From NCBI GenBank assembly GCA_040954595.2, contig CM082584.2, forward strand, positions 1,767,344 through 1,831,343: a stretch of 64,000 bases of DNA. The letters are read 5' to 3'. Below are positions 25,464 through 39,400 of the stretch, piece after piece. This DNA comes from Balanoglossus misakiensis (taxonomy: Eukaryota; Animalia; Hemichordata). Both the position numbers and the translations under genes were made by a program. How positions within the stretch are numbered: the first letter of the stretch is position 1; each line of letters begins with the position of its first letter. Below the pieces are notes generated by a model that worked only from the letters and a program-made list of their open reading frames with translations, had not been told where the DNA came from and searched no databases.

Positions 25464-26380
25464 CTGCTATGGATGCCAAGATATTGAAAAGTAGGTCAAA
25501 GGTCACCTGAGGACATGCAAAATTTGGGCAAGAAATGTTGACCCTATACAGGTCCATGTTCAACAAAAACCAAACCTATAGCCCTATTGGTTAGCCTGGA
25601 ATTAGGTATGCACATAATTAATGAGATATGCAGGTGTCACAGGTGACCCCCAATTTTGGCTTTTCAATTTTAGTCCCAACCCTCCAAACGCCAAGTCTGT
25701 ACCTGCTCTGGATGCCAAGATATGATAAAGTAGGTCAAAGGTCACCTGAGGTCATGCAAAATTTGGGCAAGAAATTTTGACCTTATACTGGTCCATGTTC
25801 AATAAAAACCAAACCTATAGCCTTATTGGTTAGCCTGGAATTAGGTATGCACATAATTAATGAGATATGCAGGTGTCACAGGTGACCCCCAATTTTGGCT
25901 TTTCAAATTTAGTGCCAACCCTCCAAACGCGAAGTCTGTACCTGCTCTGGATGCCAAAATATGGTAAAGTAGGTCAAAGGTCACCTGAGGTCATGCAATA
26001 TTTGGGCAAGAAATGTTGATCCTTTACTGGTCCATGTTCAACAAAAACCAAACCTATAGCCTTATTGGTTAGCCTGGAATTAGGTATGCACATAATTAAT
26101 GAGATATGCAGGTGTCACAGGTGACCCCCAATTATGGCTTTTCAATTTTAGTCCCAACCCTCCAAACGCCAAGTCTGTACCTGCTCTGGATGCCGAGATA
26201 AAGGAAAGTAGGTCAAAGGTCACCTGAGGTCACCCAAAATTTGGGCAAGAAATTTTGACCCTATACTGGTCCATGTCCCACAAGAACGAAACCTGTAGCC
26301 CTGTTAGTTAGCCCGGAATTAGGTATGCACATAATTAATGTGTTAAGCAGGTGTTACTGGTGAGCCCAAAAATTTGCCTT
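25464..26380. repeat. 239-bp tandem repeat (~3.8 copies) inside the nested HINE
   Basis: GGATGCC marker at 25471, 25710, 25949 and 26188 (period 239). Confidence 0.97.
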
Positions 26381-26795
26381 TTATTTTGGCCCCATTGTGC
26401 TCACTGACCAATAGACAGTCACTGTACAGGACTATTGCACAGACCAGAATTCCAAAATAAGACGTGGACATAGCTTAACCATAGAGGTATAAGTAAAGGT
26501 ATAAATTTAATAAAAATATTAAAAAATTCATAAAAAATAAAACATCCGTGATATCAACTTAACACTTACAGGTCGATGTGAGGTTGACATAAGGTACATG
26601 CATACCAATTTTTAAAGCAATCTGACGAGTAGTTGTTGACTTACAGAGTTTTGATAAATTTCACATTTTTCCAGCTAATTTGCATATTTTTGGGCCTGGC
26701 AACTTCGTTTGGACAAAGTCCCATCTACAGCCCTGCCTGCACCTACACACCATATATTGAGGTGATACGCGCAGCGGTTTTCAAGTTTTTGATGT

Positions 26796-26860
26796 GGACG
26801 GACATACAGACATACATCCATACATACATCCATCCATCCATCCATACATACACACAGACG
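26796..26860. repeat. Compound tetranucleotide microsatellite (GGAC/ACAT/CATC)n
   Basis: GGACGGACATACAGACATACATCCATACATACATCCATCCATCCATCCATACATACACACAGACG. Confidence 0.9.
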
Positions 26861-26911
26861 CAACCCATCCCATAAGGTCCCATGGTATATAGGCCTATAC
26901 CAATGGGACCT

Positions 26912-29900
26912 AAAAAATACAATTTTCCACATTGCGAAAGTTCAAAATTTCTTCATTTTTTGAAAAAAATCATGAGTTACAGCTCATGAAAATCGTCCAA
27001 AAATGACAATTTTTTGACTCTGCGAAATTTCAAAATTTCTTCACATTTTTGAAAAACATCATGCGTTATAGCTTATGAAAATCATCTCAAAAATACAATT
27101 TTTCAACTTTGCGAAATTTCAAAATTTCTTAATTTTTTTAAAAAAAATCATGAGTTACAGCTCATGAAAATCGTCCGAAAATAAAAAATTTTCGACTTTG
27201 CGAAAGTTCAAAATTTCTTCCCTTTTTTGAAAAAAATCATGGGTTATAGCTAATGAAAATCATCCAAAAATGACAATTTTTCCACATTGCGAATTATCAA
27301 ATTTTCTTCAAATTTTTGAAGAAAATCATGGGTTATAGCTAATGCAAATCATCAATAAATGACAATTTTTCCACATTGCGAAAGTTCAAATTTTCTTTAC
27401 ATTTTTGAAGAAAAAAATCATGCGTTATAGCTCATGAAAATCATCCAGAAAATGACAATTTTTCGTCTTTGCGAAAGTTCAAAATTTCTTCATTTTTGAA
27501 AAAATCATGAGTAACAGCTCATGAAAATCACCCAAAAAAGAGTATTTTTCGATTATGCCAAAGTTCAAAATTTCTTCACAGTTTTGAAGAAAAAAATCAT
27601 GGGTTATAGATCATGAAAATCATCCAAAAATGACAATTTTTCCACATTGCGAAAGTTCAAAATTTCTTCACATTTTTTAAGGAAAAAATCATGCGTTATA
27701 GATCATGAAAATCACCCAAAAATGACAATTTTTCATCTTTGCGAAAGTTCAAAATTTCTTCACATTTTTGAAGAAAAAAAATCAAGGGTTATAGCCCATG
27801 AACATCATCCCAAAATGACAATTTTTCAACATTGCGAACGTTCAACATTTTTTTCACATTTTTGAAGAAAAAAATCATGCGTTATAGCTCATGAAAATCA
27901 TTTAAAAATGACAATTTTTCGTCTTTGCGAAAGTTCAAAATTTCTTCATTTTTTGAAAAAATCATGAGTTACTTTGCGAAATTTCAAAAGAAAAAAATAA
28001 TGGGTTATAGCTCATGAAGATTATGCAAAAATGACAATTTTTCGACTTTGCGAAATTTCAACATTTCTTCACTTTTTTGAAAAAATCATGGGTCATTAAT
28101 ATCACCTAAAATAAAAAAAAATTCGACTATGCGAAATTTCAAAATTTCATCATTTTCTGCAGAAAATCATGGGTTATAGGTCCTGAAAATAGTCCAAAAA
28201 TGACTATTTTTAGACTTTGCGAAAGTTCAAAATTTCTTCACTTTTTTGAAAAAAAATCATGGGTTATATCCCATGAACATCATCCCAAAATGACAATTTT
28301 TCAACATTGCGAACGTTCAACATTTTTTCACATTTTTGAAGAAAAAAATCATGCGTTATAGCTCATGAAAATCATCCAAAAATGACAATTTTTCCACATT
28401 GCGAAAGTTCAAAATTTCTTCATTTTTTGAAAAAAATCATGGGTCATGAAAATCACCCAAACATAAAAAAATTTTCGACTTTGCGAAATTTCAAATTTTT
28501 TTCATTTTTTGAAGAAAATAATGGGTTATAGGTCCAGAAAATCGTTCAAAAATGACTATTTTTAGACTTTGCGAAATTTCAAAATTTCTTCACTTTTTGA
28601 AAAAAATCATGGGTTATAGCTTATGAAAATCATCAAAAGGTACAATTTTTCCTCATTGCGAAAGTTCAAAATTTCTTCATTTTTTGAAAAAAATCATGAG
28701 TTACAGCTCATGAAAATCGTCCAAAAATGATAATTTTTCGACTTTGCGAAATTTCAAAATTTTTTCACATTTTTGAAAAAAATCATGCGTTATAGCTTAT
28801 GAAAATCATCCAAAAAATACAATTTTTCCACATTGCGAAAGTTCAAAATTTCGTCATTTTTTGAAAAAAATCATGAGTTACAGCTCATGAAAATCGTACA
28901 AAAATGACAATTTTTCATCTTTGCGAAAGTTCAAAATTTCTTCACATTTTTGAAGAAAAAAAATCAAGGGTTATAGCCCATGAACATCATCCCAAAATGA
29001 CAATTTTTCAACATTGCGAACGTTCAACATTTTTTTCACATTTTTGAAGAAAAAAATCATGCGTTATAGCTCATGAAAATCATTTAAAAATGACAATTTT
29101 TCGTCTTTGCGAAAGTTCAAAATTTCTTCATTTTTTGAAAAAATCATGAGTTACTTTGCGAAATTTCAAAAGAAAAAAATAATGGGTTATAGCTCATGAA
29201 GATTATGCAAAAATGACAATTTTTCGACTTTGCGAAATTTCAACATTTCTTCACTTTTTTGAAAAAATCATGGGTCATTAATATCACCTAAAATAAAAAA
29301 AAATTCGACTATGCGAAATTTCAAAATTTCATCATTTTCTGCAGAAAATCATGGGTTATAGGTCCTGAAAATAGTCCAAAAATGACTATTTTTAGACTTT
29401 GCGAAAGTTCAAAATTTCTTCACTTTTTTGAAAAAAAATCATGGGTTATATCCCATGAACATCATCCCAAAATGACAATTTTTCAACATTGCGAACGTTC
29501 AACATTTTTTCACATTTTTGAAGAAAAAAATCATGCGTTATAGCTCATGAAAATCATCCAAAAATGACAATTTTTCCACATTGCGAAAGTTCAAAATTTC
29601 TTCATTTTTTGAAAAAAATCATGGGTCATGAAAATCACCCAAACATAAAAAAATTTTCGACTTTGCGAAATTTCAAATTTTTTTCATTTTTTGAAGAAAA
29701 TAATGGGTTATAGGTCCAGAAAATCGTTCAAAAATGACTATTTTTAGACTTTGCGAAATTTCAAAATTTCTTCACTTTTTGAAAAAAATCATGGGTTATA
29801 GCTTATGAAAATCATCAAAAGGTACAATTTTTCCTCATTGCGAAAGTTCAAAATTTCTTCATTTTTTGAAAAAAATCATGAGTTACAGCTCATGAAAATC

Positions 29901-30155
29901 GTCCAAAAATGATAATTTTTCGACTTTGCGAAATTTCAAAATTTTTTCACATTTTTGAAAAAAATCATGCGTTATAGCTTATGAAAATCATCCAAAAAAT
30001 ACAATTTTTCCACATTGCGAAAGTTCAAAATTTCGTCATTTTTTGAAAAAAATCATGAGTTACAGCTCATGAAAATCGTACAAAAATGACAATTTTTCGA
30101 CTCTGCGAAATTTCAAAATTTCTTAACTTTTTTGAAAAAAATCATGCGTTACAGC
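26912..30155 (+). repeat. Satellite 1, right block, including a 1182-bp tandem duplication
   Basis: Same ~88-bp monomer. The diagnostic deletion variant ATCATGAGTTACTTTGCGAAATTTCAAAAGAAAAAAATAATGGG occurs at 27961 and 29143. Confidence 0.98.
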
Positions 30156-30454
30156 CAGTATACTCTGCAGACATTGGACACAATAGTTTTACGAACCATT
30201 AAATTTTATTGGACCATCAAGTTTATTGACCCATAACGTTCATATAGATTTTATGACACGACTGACGCTATAATCGGTCCATACCTTCGGCGAGCCAAGT
30301 GTTTTATAACATCATAAGATATTAATACCTATCACCCAGTCAAACGATTTCAAGTTATACAATTTCCACGCCAATAGGACGCCTTTAGGGGGAAATGCAA
30401 CCAGGTATCCTGAATAGGAAAATATTCCGGGTATCTGTCAAGTTTAGTCCCATA

Positions 30455-30860
30455 TTTAGGGGACCAAGAGCCCTCAGGCGCTTGGTCCCCTTCTGTTATT
30501 GCTGGAGTTTGTCTTCTTTCTTCTTGAGTCGTTTTTTTACGCCCGTTTTTCTCTGAAATTCCGGCAGGTGCGCCTTCCAAATTTGGCACGGTGGTTGGGG
30601 CCCATAGTACTGGTGCACCTGCCATTTGAATTTGTAATTAGTCACGTGACTCTGTTGCTATAATCGAGCGAAATTTTCAAATTGACCTAATTTGCACGTT
30701 AATGGGGGCATGTACATTCTTTTCGCGTTTTTGTAGACCATGTGGCCAAAATCCCCTGTGCCAAATTTCAAGGTCCTAGGCCACGTCGATTTTGAGAAGA
30801 AGATTTTTGTAATATTTTTTCGCTTTTTTTGGTGGGCTGAGGACGGACACTGGGGCATCG
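30455..30860 (+). mobile_element. 5' terminal block of a Helentron-type non-autonomous element (HINE)
   Basis: TTT-AGGGGACCAAG (30458-30468)..CTTGGTCCCCT (30481-30491) hairpin, then TCTGTTATTG, a (TTC)n-like tract, and CCAAATTT-containing core modules. The subTIR differs by 1 nt from the one at 13012-13022. Right boundary is uncertain. Confidence 0.7.
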
Positions 30861-31054
30861 GACTTTGACCGTCATTACGTTATGTTGTGGAGATCTCATT
30901 AGCAGGCTACTCACTTCTGGCGGGTTGCAGTAGTCCTTGGAAAATCGGCTGAAATACGTATACAGACCAGTGATTATTTTCCACGGAATGAATTTTGGGA
31001 CAACACATTATCGGAGTTCAGGCTGTGTTAGGGCGTTTTATTGAATTACGCTGA

Positions 31055-33373
31055 GTTTGGATTGACCACTGTGTTACCACTGACATTTCTCATAGCAATG
31101 TTCTTTCAATTTCGAGTCTTTGCAATGTTGTTGACTCCGACCATATTCCTGTTTCAATAGAGGTTCATTTCAACACTTCTGCTGATGAAAGCTTCAGCAG
31201 TAGTTCCTTCAAGCAATGTAATTTTCGAGTTGATTGGAAAAAATTGTCACAGCAGAATATATCCGCCTACACCGGTTGTACCAAAGCCAAGATTGATAAG
31301 ATTAATTTATCCGAAGAGTTATTCTGCAGTAATGTGAACTGTACAGACCCTTCGCATTTACAGGCAATTGATACTTGTTATAGTAGTATTGTGGACGCAT
31401 TGAATTGTGCTGCAAAAGATACCATTAGGCGTAAGTTTCACCAGAAAGTTCATGTTGTGCCTGGCTGGAACGATTTTGTAAAAGAAAGTCACGACTATGC
31501 CCGTTCCATGTTTTTATTATGGGTTAATGTGGGTAAACCTAAACAAGGCCCGCTTTTTGAAACCATGAAATCTTCCAGAGCTCGTTTTTAGTATGCTTTA
31601 CGTCCTTGTAAAAAGATTGAGAATCAAAATAGGGCTGACAAGATGGCTGACAATTTACGCTGCCACAAACAGAACGACTTCTGGAAGGAAGTCAGAAAGC
31701 AAACTAGCAGAAAAACGCCGCTTTCTGACACTGTAGGTGGAGCGACTGGTGAGAGTGAAATTGCAATTATGTGGCACAAGCATTTCAGTGATATTTTGAA
31801 TTCTGTCCAGGCTCAGACTGGTAAAAATGACATCGAGGAGAAAATGAAGTATGTTAAATTTTCTTCTGATATGTATGTTTCTGAAGACGAAGTAATTTCT
31901 GCTATACATAAGTTACCTGACGGTAAGACAACTGGCATTGACAATATTTTAGCTGAGCACCTCAAATTCTCAGACTCCTCTATTTTACCCTTTTTGACTT
32001 GTTGTATTAATGCAATTATTGTTCATGGTTACCTGCCAACTGAGGCTATCAATGTTATTTTAGTTCCAATTATTAAGGATAAAACTAAGCTTTGTAGTGA
32101 TGCCAGTAACTACCGGCCGATAGCACTAGCAACTGTTTTCTCTAAAGTTTTTGAGCATATTTTACTTTCTCGTTGTGAGGAGTTTCTTACCTCTCATTAT
32201 TTACAATTTGGTTTCAAGCGAGAACATTCAACTGACCTGTGTTTATTTGCATTTAAAGAAATCATTAGCTACTACACCAGCAATGGAAGACCAGTGTTTA
32301 CTTGTTTTCTGGATGCTTCAAAAGCTTTTGACAGAGTTAATCACGTTAAACTGGTTATAATTAACAAGCACATCGACAGGAATGTTTCCTTGTATGCTGT
32401 ACGAATTTTATATTAATGGTACAGAAATCAATTGTTTACTGTGTTGTGGGGTAACTGTGTTTCTAACGGTGTAAGACAAGGGGGAGTACTCTCTCCCTAT
32501 CTTTTTAATGTCTACATTGATGATATTATCAATGCACTCTGTAAAGCCAAAGTTGGCTGTACCATGTGTGGTGTCAGCGCTAACATTTTAGGTTACGCTG
32601 ACGACATGACTCTACTCAGTCCAAGTATTAAGGGTCTACGCCGTCTTCTTAGAATTTGTGAAATTTATGGCAAGGATTATGATATCATTTATAATTCTAG
32701 TAAAACTGTGTGCATGCTTTTTAATGGGAAGAATATGAGCGTTCAAAGAATTCCTTCGGTTAAACTTAATGACATCACTTTAAAGTTTGTACCTGTACAC
32801 ACCTATCTGGGCCATGTTATATCTTGTGATGGTTGTGATAATGAAGATATTGAACGACAGAGAAGAGCATTTTGTGTAAGAGCAAACATGCTATTGAGAC
32901 ATTTTCAACATTGTAGTCAAGATGTGAAGAAAGTTTTATTTTTGGCATATTGTAGTAATATTTACTGTTGCAGTTTGTGGGCATCCTTTAAAGTTAAACC
33001 GATGAAAAAATTTAAAACTATGTACAATAATGTTTGGAGAAGACTTCTCGGTCTTCCGCCATTTTGCTGTGCATCGGGTATGTTTGCTACAAACCATGTA
33101 CATGTATTGTCACTTGGTGAAGTTTTTAGACGCAATATGTACAGTTTTAAGCGTAGACTCGAAAATTCTTCTAATGTTTTACTTGATGCGATCTGTTCAT
33201 CAGATAGAGCGACTGACAGCATATTTTTTCAAACATTGGCGAAAGCAATTGTATATCATGTAAGTTTTTTTGTGTGTGTGTCTCAGTTTCAGATTTTTAT
33301 TATTGTTTTTTTTCTTCTCTGTTTTGGGTATATGGACTTTTTTTAAAGTCTGAAATAAAGAATTATTATTATT
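31055..33373 (+). mobile_element. 5'-truncated non-LTR retrotransposon (APE-type, CR1/L2 group) with a pseudogenised ORF2 (endonuclease C-terminus plus reverse transcriptase)
   Basis: One reading frame from WIDHC..SDHIP (APE end) through NYRPIAL, QFGFK, FLDASKAFDRV, NGVRQGGVLSPYLF, YADD and YLG. In-frame stops at 31589-31591 and 32414-32416 split it into the ORFs starting at 31244, 31643 and 32432. There is a probable frameshift near the C-terminus, and the 3' end is AATAAA followed by (ATT)n. Confidence 0.95.
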
Positions 33374-33432
33374 TGTTAGCTGTTGCCATTCAAATGTGTC
33401 TACGCAAACCCGGCTACACTGGCAGTGGGCTT

Positions 33433-36400
33433 TGATTTTCACCAATGTTGTTTTTAAAAAATCGACGAACCCATGATTTTTTTCAAAATCGACGAAATTT
33501 TGAGATTTTGCAAAGTCGAAAATTTGTCATTTTTTGATGATTTTCAACCATTATTTTTTTTCAAAAATCGACGAAATTTTGAGATTTTGCAAAGTCGAAA
33601 ATTTGTCATTTTTTGATAATTTTCACCTATGATTTTTTTCAAAAAAAGACAAAATTTTGAGATTTTGCAAAGTCGAAAATTTGTCATTTTTTGATGATTT
33701 TCACCAATGTTGTTTTTAAAAAATCGACGAACCCATGATTTTTTTCAAAATCGACGAAATTTTGAGATTTTGCAAAGTCGAAAATTTGTCATTTTTTGAT
33801 GATTTTCAACCATTATTTTTTTTCAAAAATCGACGAAATTTGAGATTTTGCAAAGTCGAAAATTTGTCATTTTTTGATGATTTTCCCCCATGATTTTTTT
33901 CAAAAATCGACGAAATTTTGAGATTTTGCAAAGTCGAAAATTTGTCATTTTTTGATGATTTTCACCCATGTTTTTTTTTTAAAAATCGACGAACCTATGA
34001 TTTTTTTCAAAATCGACGAAATTGTGTGATTTTGCAAATTCGAAAATTTTGTCATTTTTTGATGATTTTCAACCATGATTTTTTTTCAAAAATCGACGAA
34101 ATTTTGAGATTTTGCAAAGTTGAAAATTTTGTCATTTTTTGATGATTTTCACCCATGATTTTTTCAAAAATTGATGAAATTTTGAGATTTTGCAAAGTCG
34201 AAAATTTGTCATTTTTTGATGATTTTCACCCATGATTTTTTTTCAAAAATGGACGAAATTTTGAGCTTTTGCGAAGTCGAAAATTTGTCATTTTTTGATG
34301 ATTTTCACCTATGATTTTTTTCAAAAAAAGACAAAATTTTGAGATTTTGCGAAGTCGAAAATTTTTCATTTTTTGATGATTTTCATCCATGATTTTTTTT
34401 TTAAAATCGACGAAATTTTGAGATTTTGCAAAGTTGAAAATTTTGTCATTTTTTGATGATTTTCACCCATGATTTTTTCAAAAATTGATGAAATTTTGAG
34501 ATTTTGCAAAGTCGAAAATTTGTCATTTTTTGATGATTTTCATCCATGATTTTTTTTTAAAAATTGACGATATTTTGAGATTTTGCAAAGTCGAAAATTT
34601 GTCATTTTTTGATGATTTTCACCAATGTTGTTTTTAAAAAATCGACGAACCCATGATTTTTTTCAAAATCGACGAAATTTTGAGATTTTGCAAAGTCGAA
34701 AATTTGTCATTTTTGATGATTTTCATCCATGATTTTTTTTTTAAAATCGACGAAATTTTGAGATTTTGCAAAGTCGAAAATTTGTCATTTTTTGATGATT
34801 TTCACCAATGTTGTTTTTAAAAAATCGACGAACCCATGATTTTTTTCAAAATCGACGAAATTTTGAGATTTTGCAAAGTCAAAAATTTGTCATTTTTTGA
34901 TGATTTTCAACCATTATTTTTTTTCAAAAATCGACGAAATTTTGAGATTTTGCAGTCAAAAATTTGTCATTTTTTGATGATTTTCACCCATGATTTTTTT
35001 CAAAAATTGACGAATTTTGAGATTTTGCAAAGACGAAAATTTGTCATATTTGACGATTTTCACCCGTTTTTTTTCAAAATTTGTCATTTTTTGATGATTT
35101 TCACCCATGATTTTTTCAAAAATTGACGAAATTTTGAGATTTTGCAAAGTCGAAAATGTGTCATTTTTTGATGATTTTCACCCGTTTTTTTCAAAATTTG
35201 TCATTTTTTGATGATTTTCACCCATGATTTTTTCAAAAATTGACGAAATTTTGAGATTTTGCAAAGTCGGAAATTTGTCATTTTTTGATATTTTTTGATG
35301 ATTTTCAACCATTATTTTTTTCAAAAATCGACGAAATTGTGAGATTTTGCAAAGTCAAAAATTTGTCATTTTTTGATGATTTTCACCAATGTTGTTTTTT
35401 AAAAATCGACGAACCCATGATTTTTTCAAAAATTGACGAAATTTTGAGATTTTGCAAAGTCGAAAATTTGACATTTTTTGATGATTTTCACCCATGATTT
35501 TTTTCAAAAATTGACGAAATTGTGAGATTTTGCAAAGTAAAAAATTGGTCATTTTTTGATGATTTTCACCCATGTTTTTTTTTAAAAAATCGACGAACCT
35601 ATGATTTTTTTCAAAATCGACGAAATTATGAGATTTTGCAAAGTCGAAAATTTTGTCATTTTTTGATGATTTTCACCCATGATTTTTTCAAAAATTGACG
35701 AAATTTTGAGATTTTGCAAAGTCGAAAATTTGTCATTTTTTGATGATTTTCACCCATTATTTTTTTCAAAAATCGACGAAATGTTGAGATTTTGCAAAGT
35801 CGAAAATTTGTCATTTTTTGATGATTTTCTCCCATGATTTTTTTCAAAAATCGACGAAATTGTGAGATTTTGCAAAGTCGAAAATTTGTCATTTTTTGAT
35901 GATTTTCACCCATTATTTTTTTCAAAAATCGACGAAATGTTGAGATTTTGCAAAGTCGAAAATTTGTCATTTTTTGATGATTTTCAACCATTATTTTTTT
36001 CAAAAATCGACGAAATTGTGAGATTTTGCAAAGTCAAAAATTTGTCATTTTTTGATGATTTTCACCAATGTTGTTTTTAAAAAATCGACGAACCCATGAT
36101 TTTTTCAAAAATTGACGAAATTTTGAGATTTTGCAAAGTCGAAAATTTGACATTTTTTGATGATTTTCACCCATGATTTTTTTCAAAAATTGACGAAATT
36201 GTGAGATTTTGCAAAGTAAAAAATTGGTCATTTTTTGATGATTTTCACCCATGTTTTTTTTTAAAAAATCGACGAACCTATGATTTTTTTCAAAATCGAC
36301 GAAATTATGAGATTTTGCAAAGTCGAAAATTTTGTCATTTTTTGATGATTTTCACCCATGATTTTTTCAAAAATTGACGAAATTTTGAGATTTTGCAAAG

Positions 36401-39400
36401 TCGAAAATTTGTCATTTTTTGATGATTTTCTGCCATTATTTTTTTCAAAAATCGACGAAATGTTGAGATTTTGCAAAGTCGAAAATTTGTCATTTTTTGA
36501 TGATTTTCTCCCATGATTTTTTTCAAAAATCGACGAAATTGTGAGATTTTGCAAAGTCGAAAATTTGTCATTTTTTGATGATTTTCACCCATGTTTTTTT
36601 TTTAAAAATCGACGAACCTATGATTTTTTTCGAAATCGACGAAATTTTGTGATTTTACAAAGTCGAAAATTTTGTCATTTTTTGATGATTTTCACCCATG
36701 ATTTTTTCAAAAATTGACGAAATTTTGAGATTTTGCAAAGTCGAAAATGTGTCATTTTTTGACGATTTTCACCCGTTTTTTTTCAAAATTTGTCATTTTT
36801 TGATGATTTTCACCCATGATTTTTTCAAAAATTGACGAAATTTTGAGATTTTGCAAAGTCGAAAATGTGTCATTTTTTGATGATTTTCACCCGTTTTTTT
36901 CAAAATTTGTCATTTTTTGATGATTTTCACCCATGATTTTTTCAAAAATTGACGAAATTTTGAGATTTTGCAAAGTCAAAAATTTGTCATTTTTTGATGA
37001 TTTTCACCAATGTTGTTTTTAAAAAATCGACGAACCCATGATTTTTTCAAAAATTGACGAAATTTTGAGATTTTGCAAAGTCGAAAATTTGACATTTTTT
37101 GATGATTTTCACCCATGATTTTTTTCAAAAATTGACGAAATTGTGAGATTTTGCAAAGTAAAAAATTTGTCATTTTTTGATGATTTTCACCCATGTTTTT
37201 TTTTTAAAAATCGACGAACCTATGATTTTTCTCAAAATCGACGAAATTATGAGATTTTGCAAAGTCGAAAATTTGTCATTTTTTGATGATTTTCACCAAT
37301 GTTGTTTTTAAAAAATCGACGAACCCATGATTTTTTTCAAAATCGACGAAATTTTGAGATTTTGCAAAGTCGAAAATTTGTCATTTTTTGATGATTTTCA
37401 ACCATTATTTTTTTTCAAAAATCGACGAAATTTTGAGATTTTGCAAAGTCGAAAATTTTTCATTTTTTGATGATTTTCACCCATGATTTTTTTTCAGAAA
37501 TCGACGAAAATTTGAGATTTTGCAAAGACGAAAATTTGTCGTTTTTGATGATTTTCACCCGTTTTTTTCAAAATTTGTCATTTTTTGATGATTTTCACCC
37601 ATGATTTTTTCAAAAATTGACGAAATTTTGAGATTTTGCAAAGTCGAAAATGTGTCATTTTTTGATGATTTTCACCCGTTTTTTTTAAACTTTGTCATTT
37701 TTTGATGATTTTCACCCATGATTTTTTTCAAAAATTGACGAAATTTTGAGATTTTGCAAAGTCGGAAATTTGTCATTTTTTGATGATTTTCACCAATGTT
37801 GTTTTTAAAAAATCGACGAACCCATGATTTTTTCAAAAATTGACGAAATTTTGAGATTTTGCAAAGTCGAAAATTTGACATTTTTTGATGATTTTCACCC
37901 ATGATTTTTTTCAAAAATTGACGAAATTGTGAGATTTTGCAAAGTAAAAAATTTGTCATTTTTTGATGATTTTCACCCATGTTTTTTTTTAAAAAATCGA
38001 CGAACCTATGATTTTTTTCAAAATCGACGAAATTATGAGATTTTGCAAAGTCGAAAATTTTGTCATTTTTTGATGATTTTCACCCATGATTTTTTCAAAA
38101 ATTGACGAAATTTTGAGATTTTGCAAAGTCGAAAATTTGTCATTTTTTGATGATTTTCACCCATGATTTTTTTCAAAAATCGACGAAATGTTGAGATTTT
38201 GCAAAGTCGAAAATTTGTCATTTTTTGATGATTTTCTCCCATGATTTTTTTCAAAAATCGACGAAATTGTGAGATTTTGCAAAGTCGAAAATTTGTCATT
38301 TTTTGATGATTTTCACCCATGTTTTTTTTTTAAAAATCGACGAACCTATGATTTTTTTCGAAATCGACGAAATTTTGTGATTTTACAAAGTCGAAAATTT
38401 TGTCATTTTTTGATGATTTTCACCCATGATTTTTTTTCAAAAATCGACGAAATTATGAGATTTTGCAAAGTTGAAAATTTTGTCATTTTTTGATGATTTT
38501 CACCCATGATTTTTTTTCAAAAATGGACGAAATTTTGAGCTTTTGCAAAGTCGAAAATTTGTCATTTTTTGATAATTTTCACCTATGATTTTTTTCAAAA
38601 AAAGACAAAATTTTGAGATTTTGCGAAGTCGAAAATTTTTCATTTTTTGATGATTTTCACCAATGTTGTTTTTAAAAAATCGACGAACCCATGATTTTTT
38701 TCAAAATCGACGAAATTTTGAGATTTTGCAAAGTCGAAAATTTGTCATTTTTTGATGATTTTCAACCATTATTTTTTTTCAAAAATCGACGAAATTTTGA
38801 GATTTTGCAAAGTCGAAAATTTGTCATTTTTTGATAATTTTCACCTATGATTTTTTTCAAAAAAAGACAAAATTTTGAGATTTTGCAAAGTCGAAAATTT
38901 GTCATTTTTTGATGATTTTCACCAATGTTGTTTTTAAAAAATCGACGAACCCATGATTTTTTTCAAAATCGACGAAATTTTGAGATTTTGCAAAGTCGAA
39001 AATTTGTCATTTTTTGATGATTTTCAACCATTATTTTTTTTCAAAAATCGACGATAAAAATTTTGAGATTTTGCAAAGTCGAAAATTTGTCATTTTTTGA
39101 TGATTTTCACCCATGATTTTTTTTCACAAATCGACGAAATTTTGAGATTTTTCAGTCGTAAATTTGTCATTTTTAATGATTTTCAACCATGATTTTTTTT
39201 CAAAAATCGACGAAATTTTGAGATTTTGCAAAGTTGAAAATTTTGTCATTTTTTGATGATTTTCACCCATGATTTTTTCAAAAATTGATGAAATTTTGAG
39301 ATTTTGCAAAGTCGAAAATTTGTCATTTTTTGATGATTTTAACCCATGATTTTTTTTCAAAAATGGACGAAATTTTGAGCTTTTGCGAAGTCGAAAATTT

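Larger units (their letters stand above)
25399..26911 (-). mobile_element. Complete non-autonomous Helentron-type element (HINE/DINE-1-like) inserted into satellite 1
   Basis: Minus strand: T-run, 5' subTIR plus IR hairpin AGGTCCCATTGGTATAGGCCTATATACCATGGGACCT (26911-26875), a (GTAT/GGAT)n microsatellite, 239-bp central repeats, 3' subTIR AATGGGACC (25425-25417), stem-loop AGTGTC-CTT-GACGCT, then a T-run. The satellite monomer resumes in register across the insertion with no TSD beyond the A/T run. Confidence 0.9.

Noticed and set aside
30350-30858. ORFs 30350-30625 and 30658-30858
   Set aside because: They overlap the non-coding HINE terminal hairpin and core modules and show no protein motif.
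31244-33346. Three separate genes, or a retron/DGR-type reverse transcriptase system
   Set aside because: All three ORFs are in one frame separated by single stops. APE remnants upstream and an AATAAA-(ATT)n tail identify an ordinary LINE ORF2.
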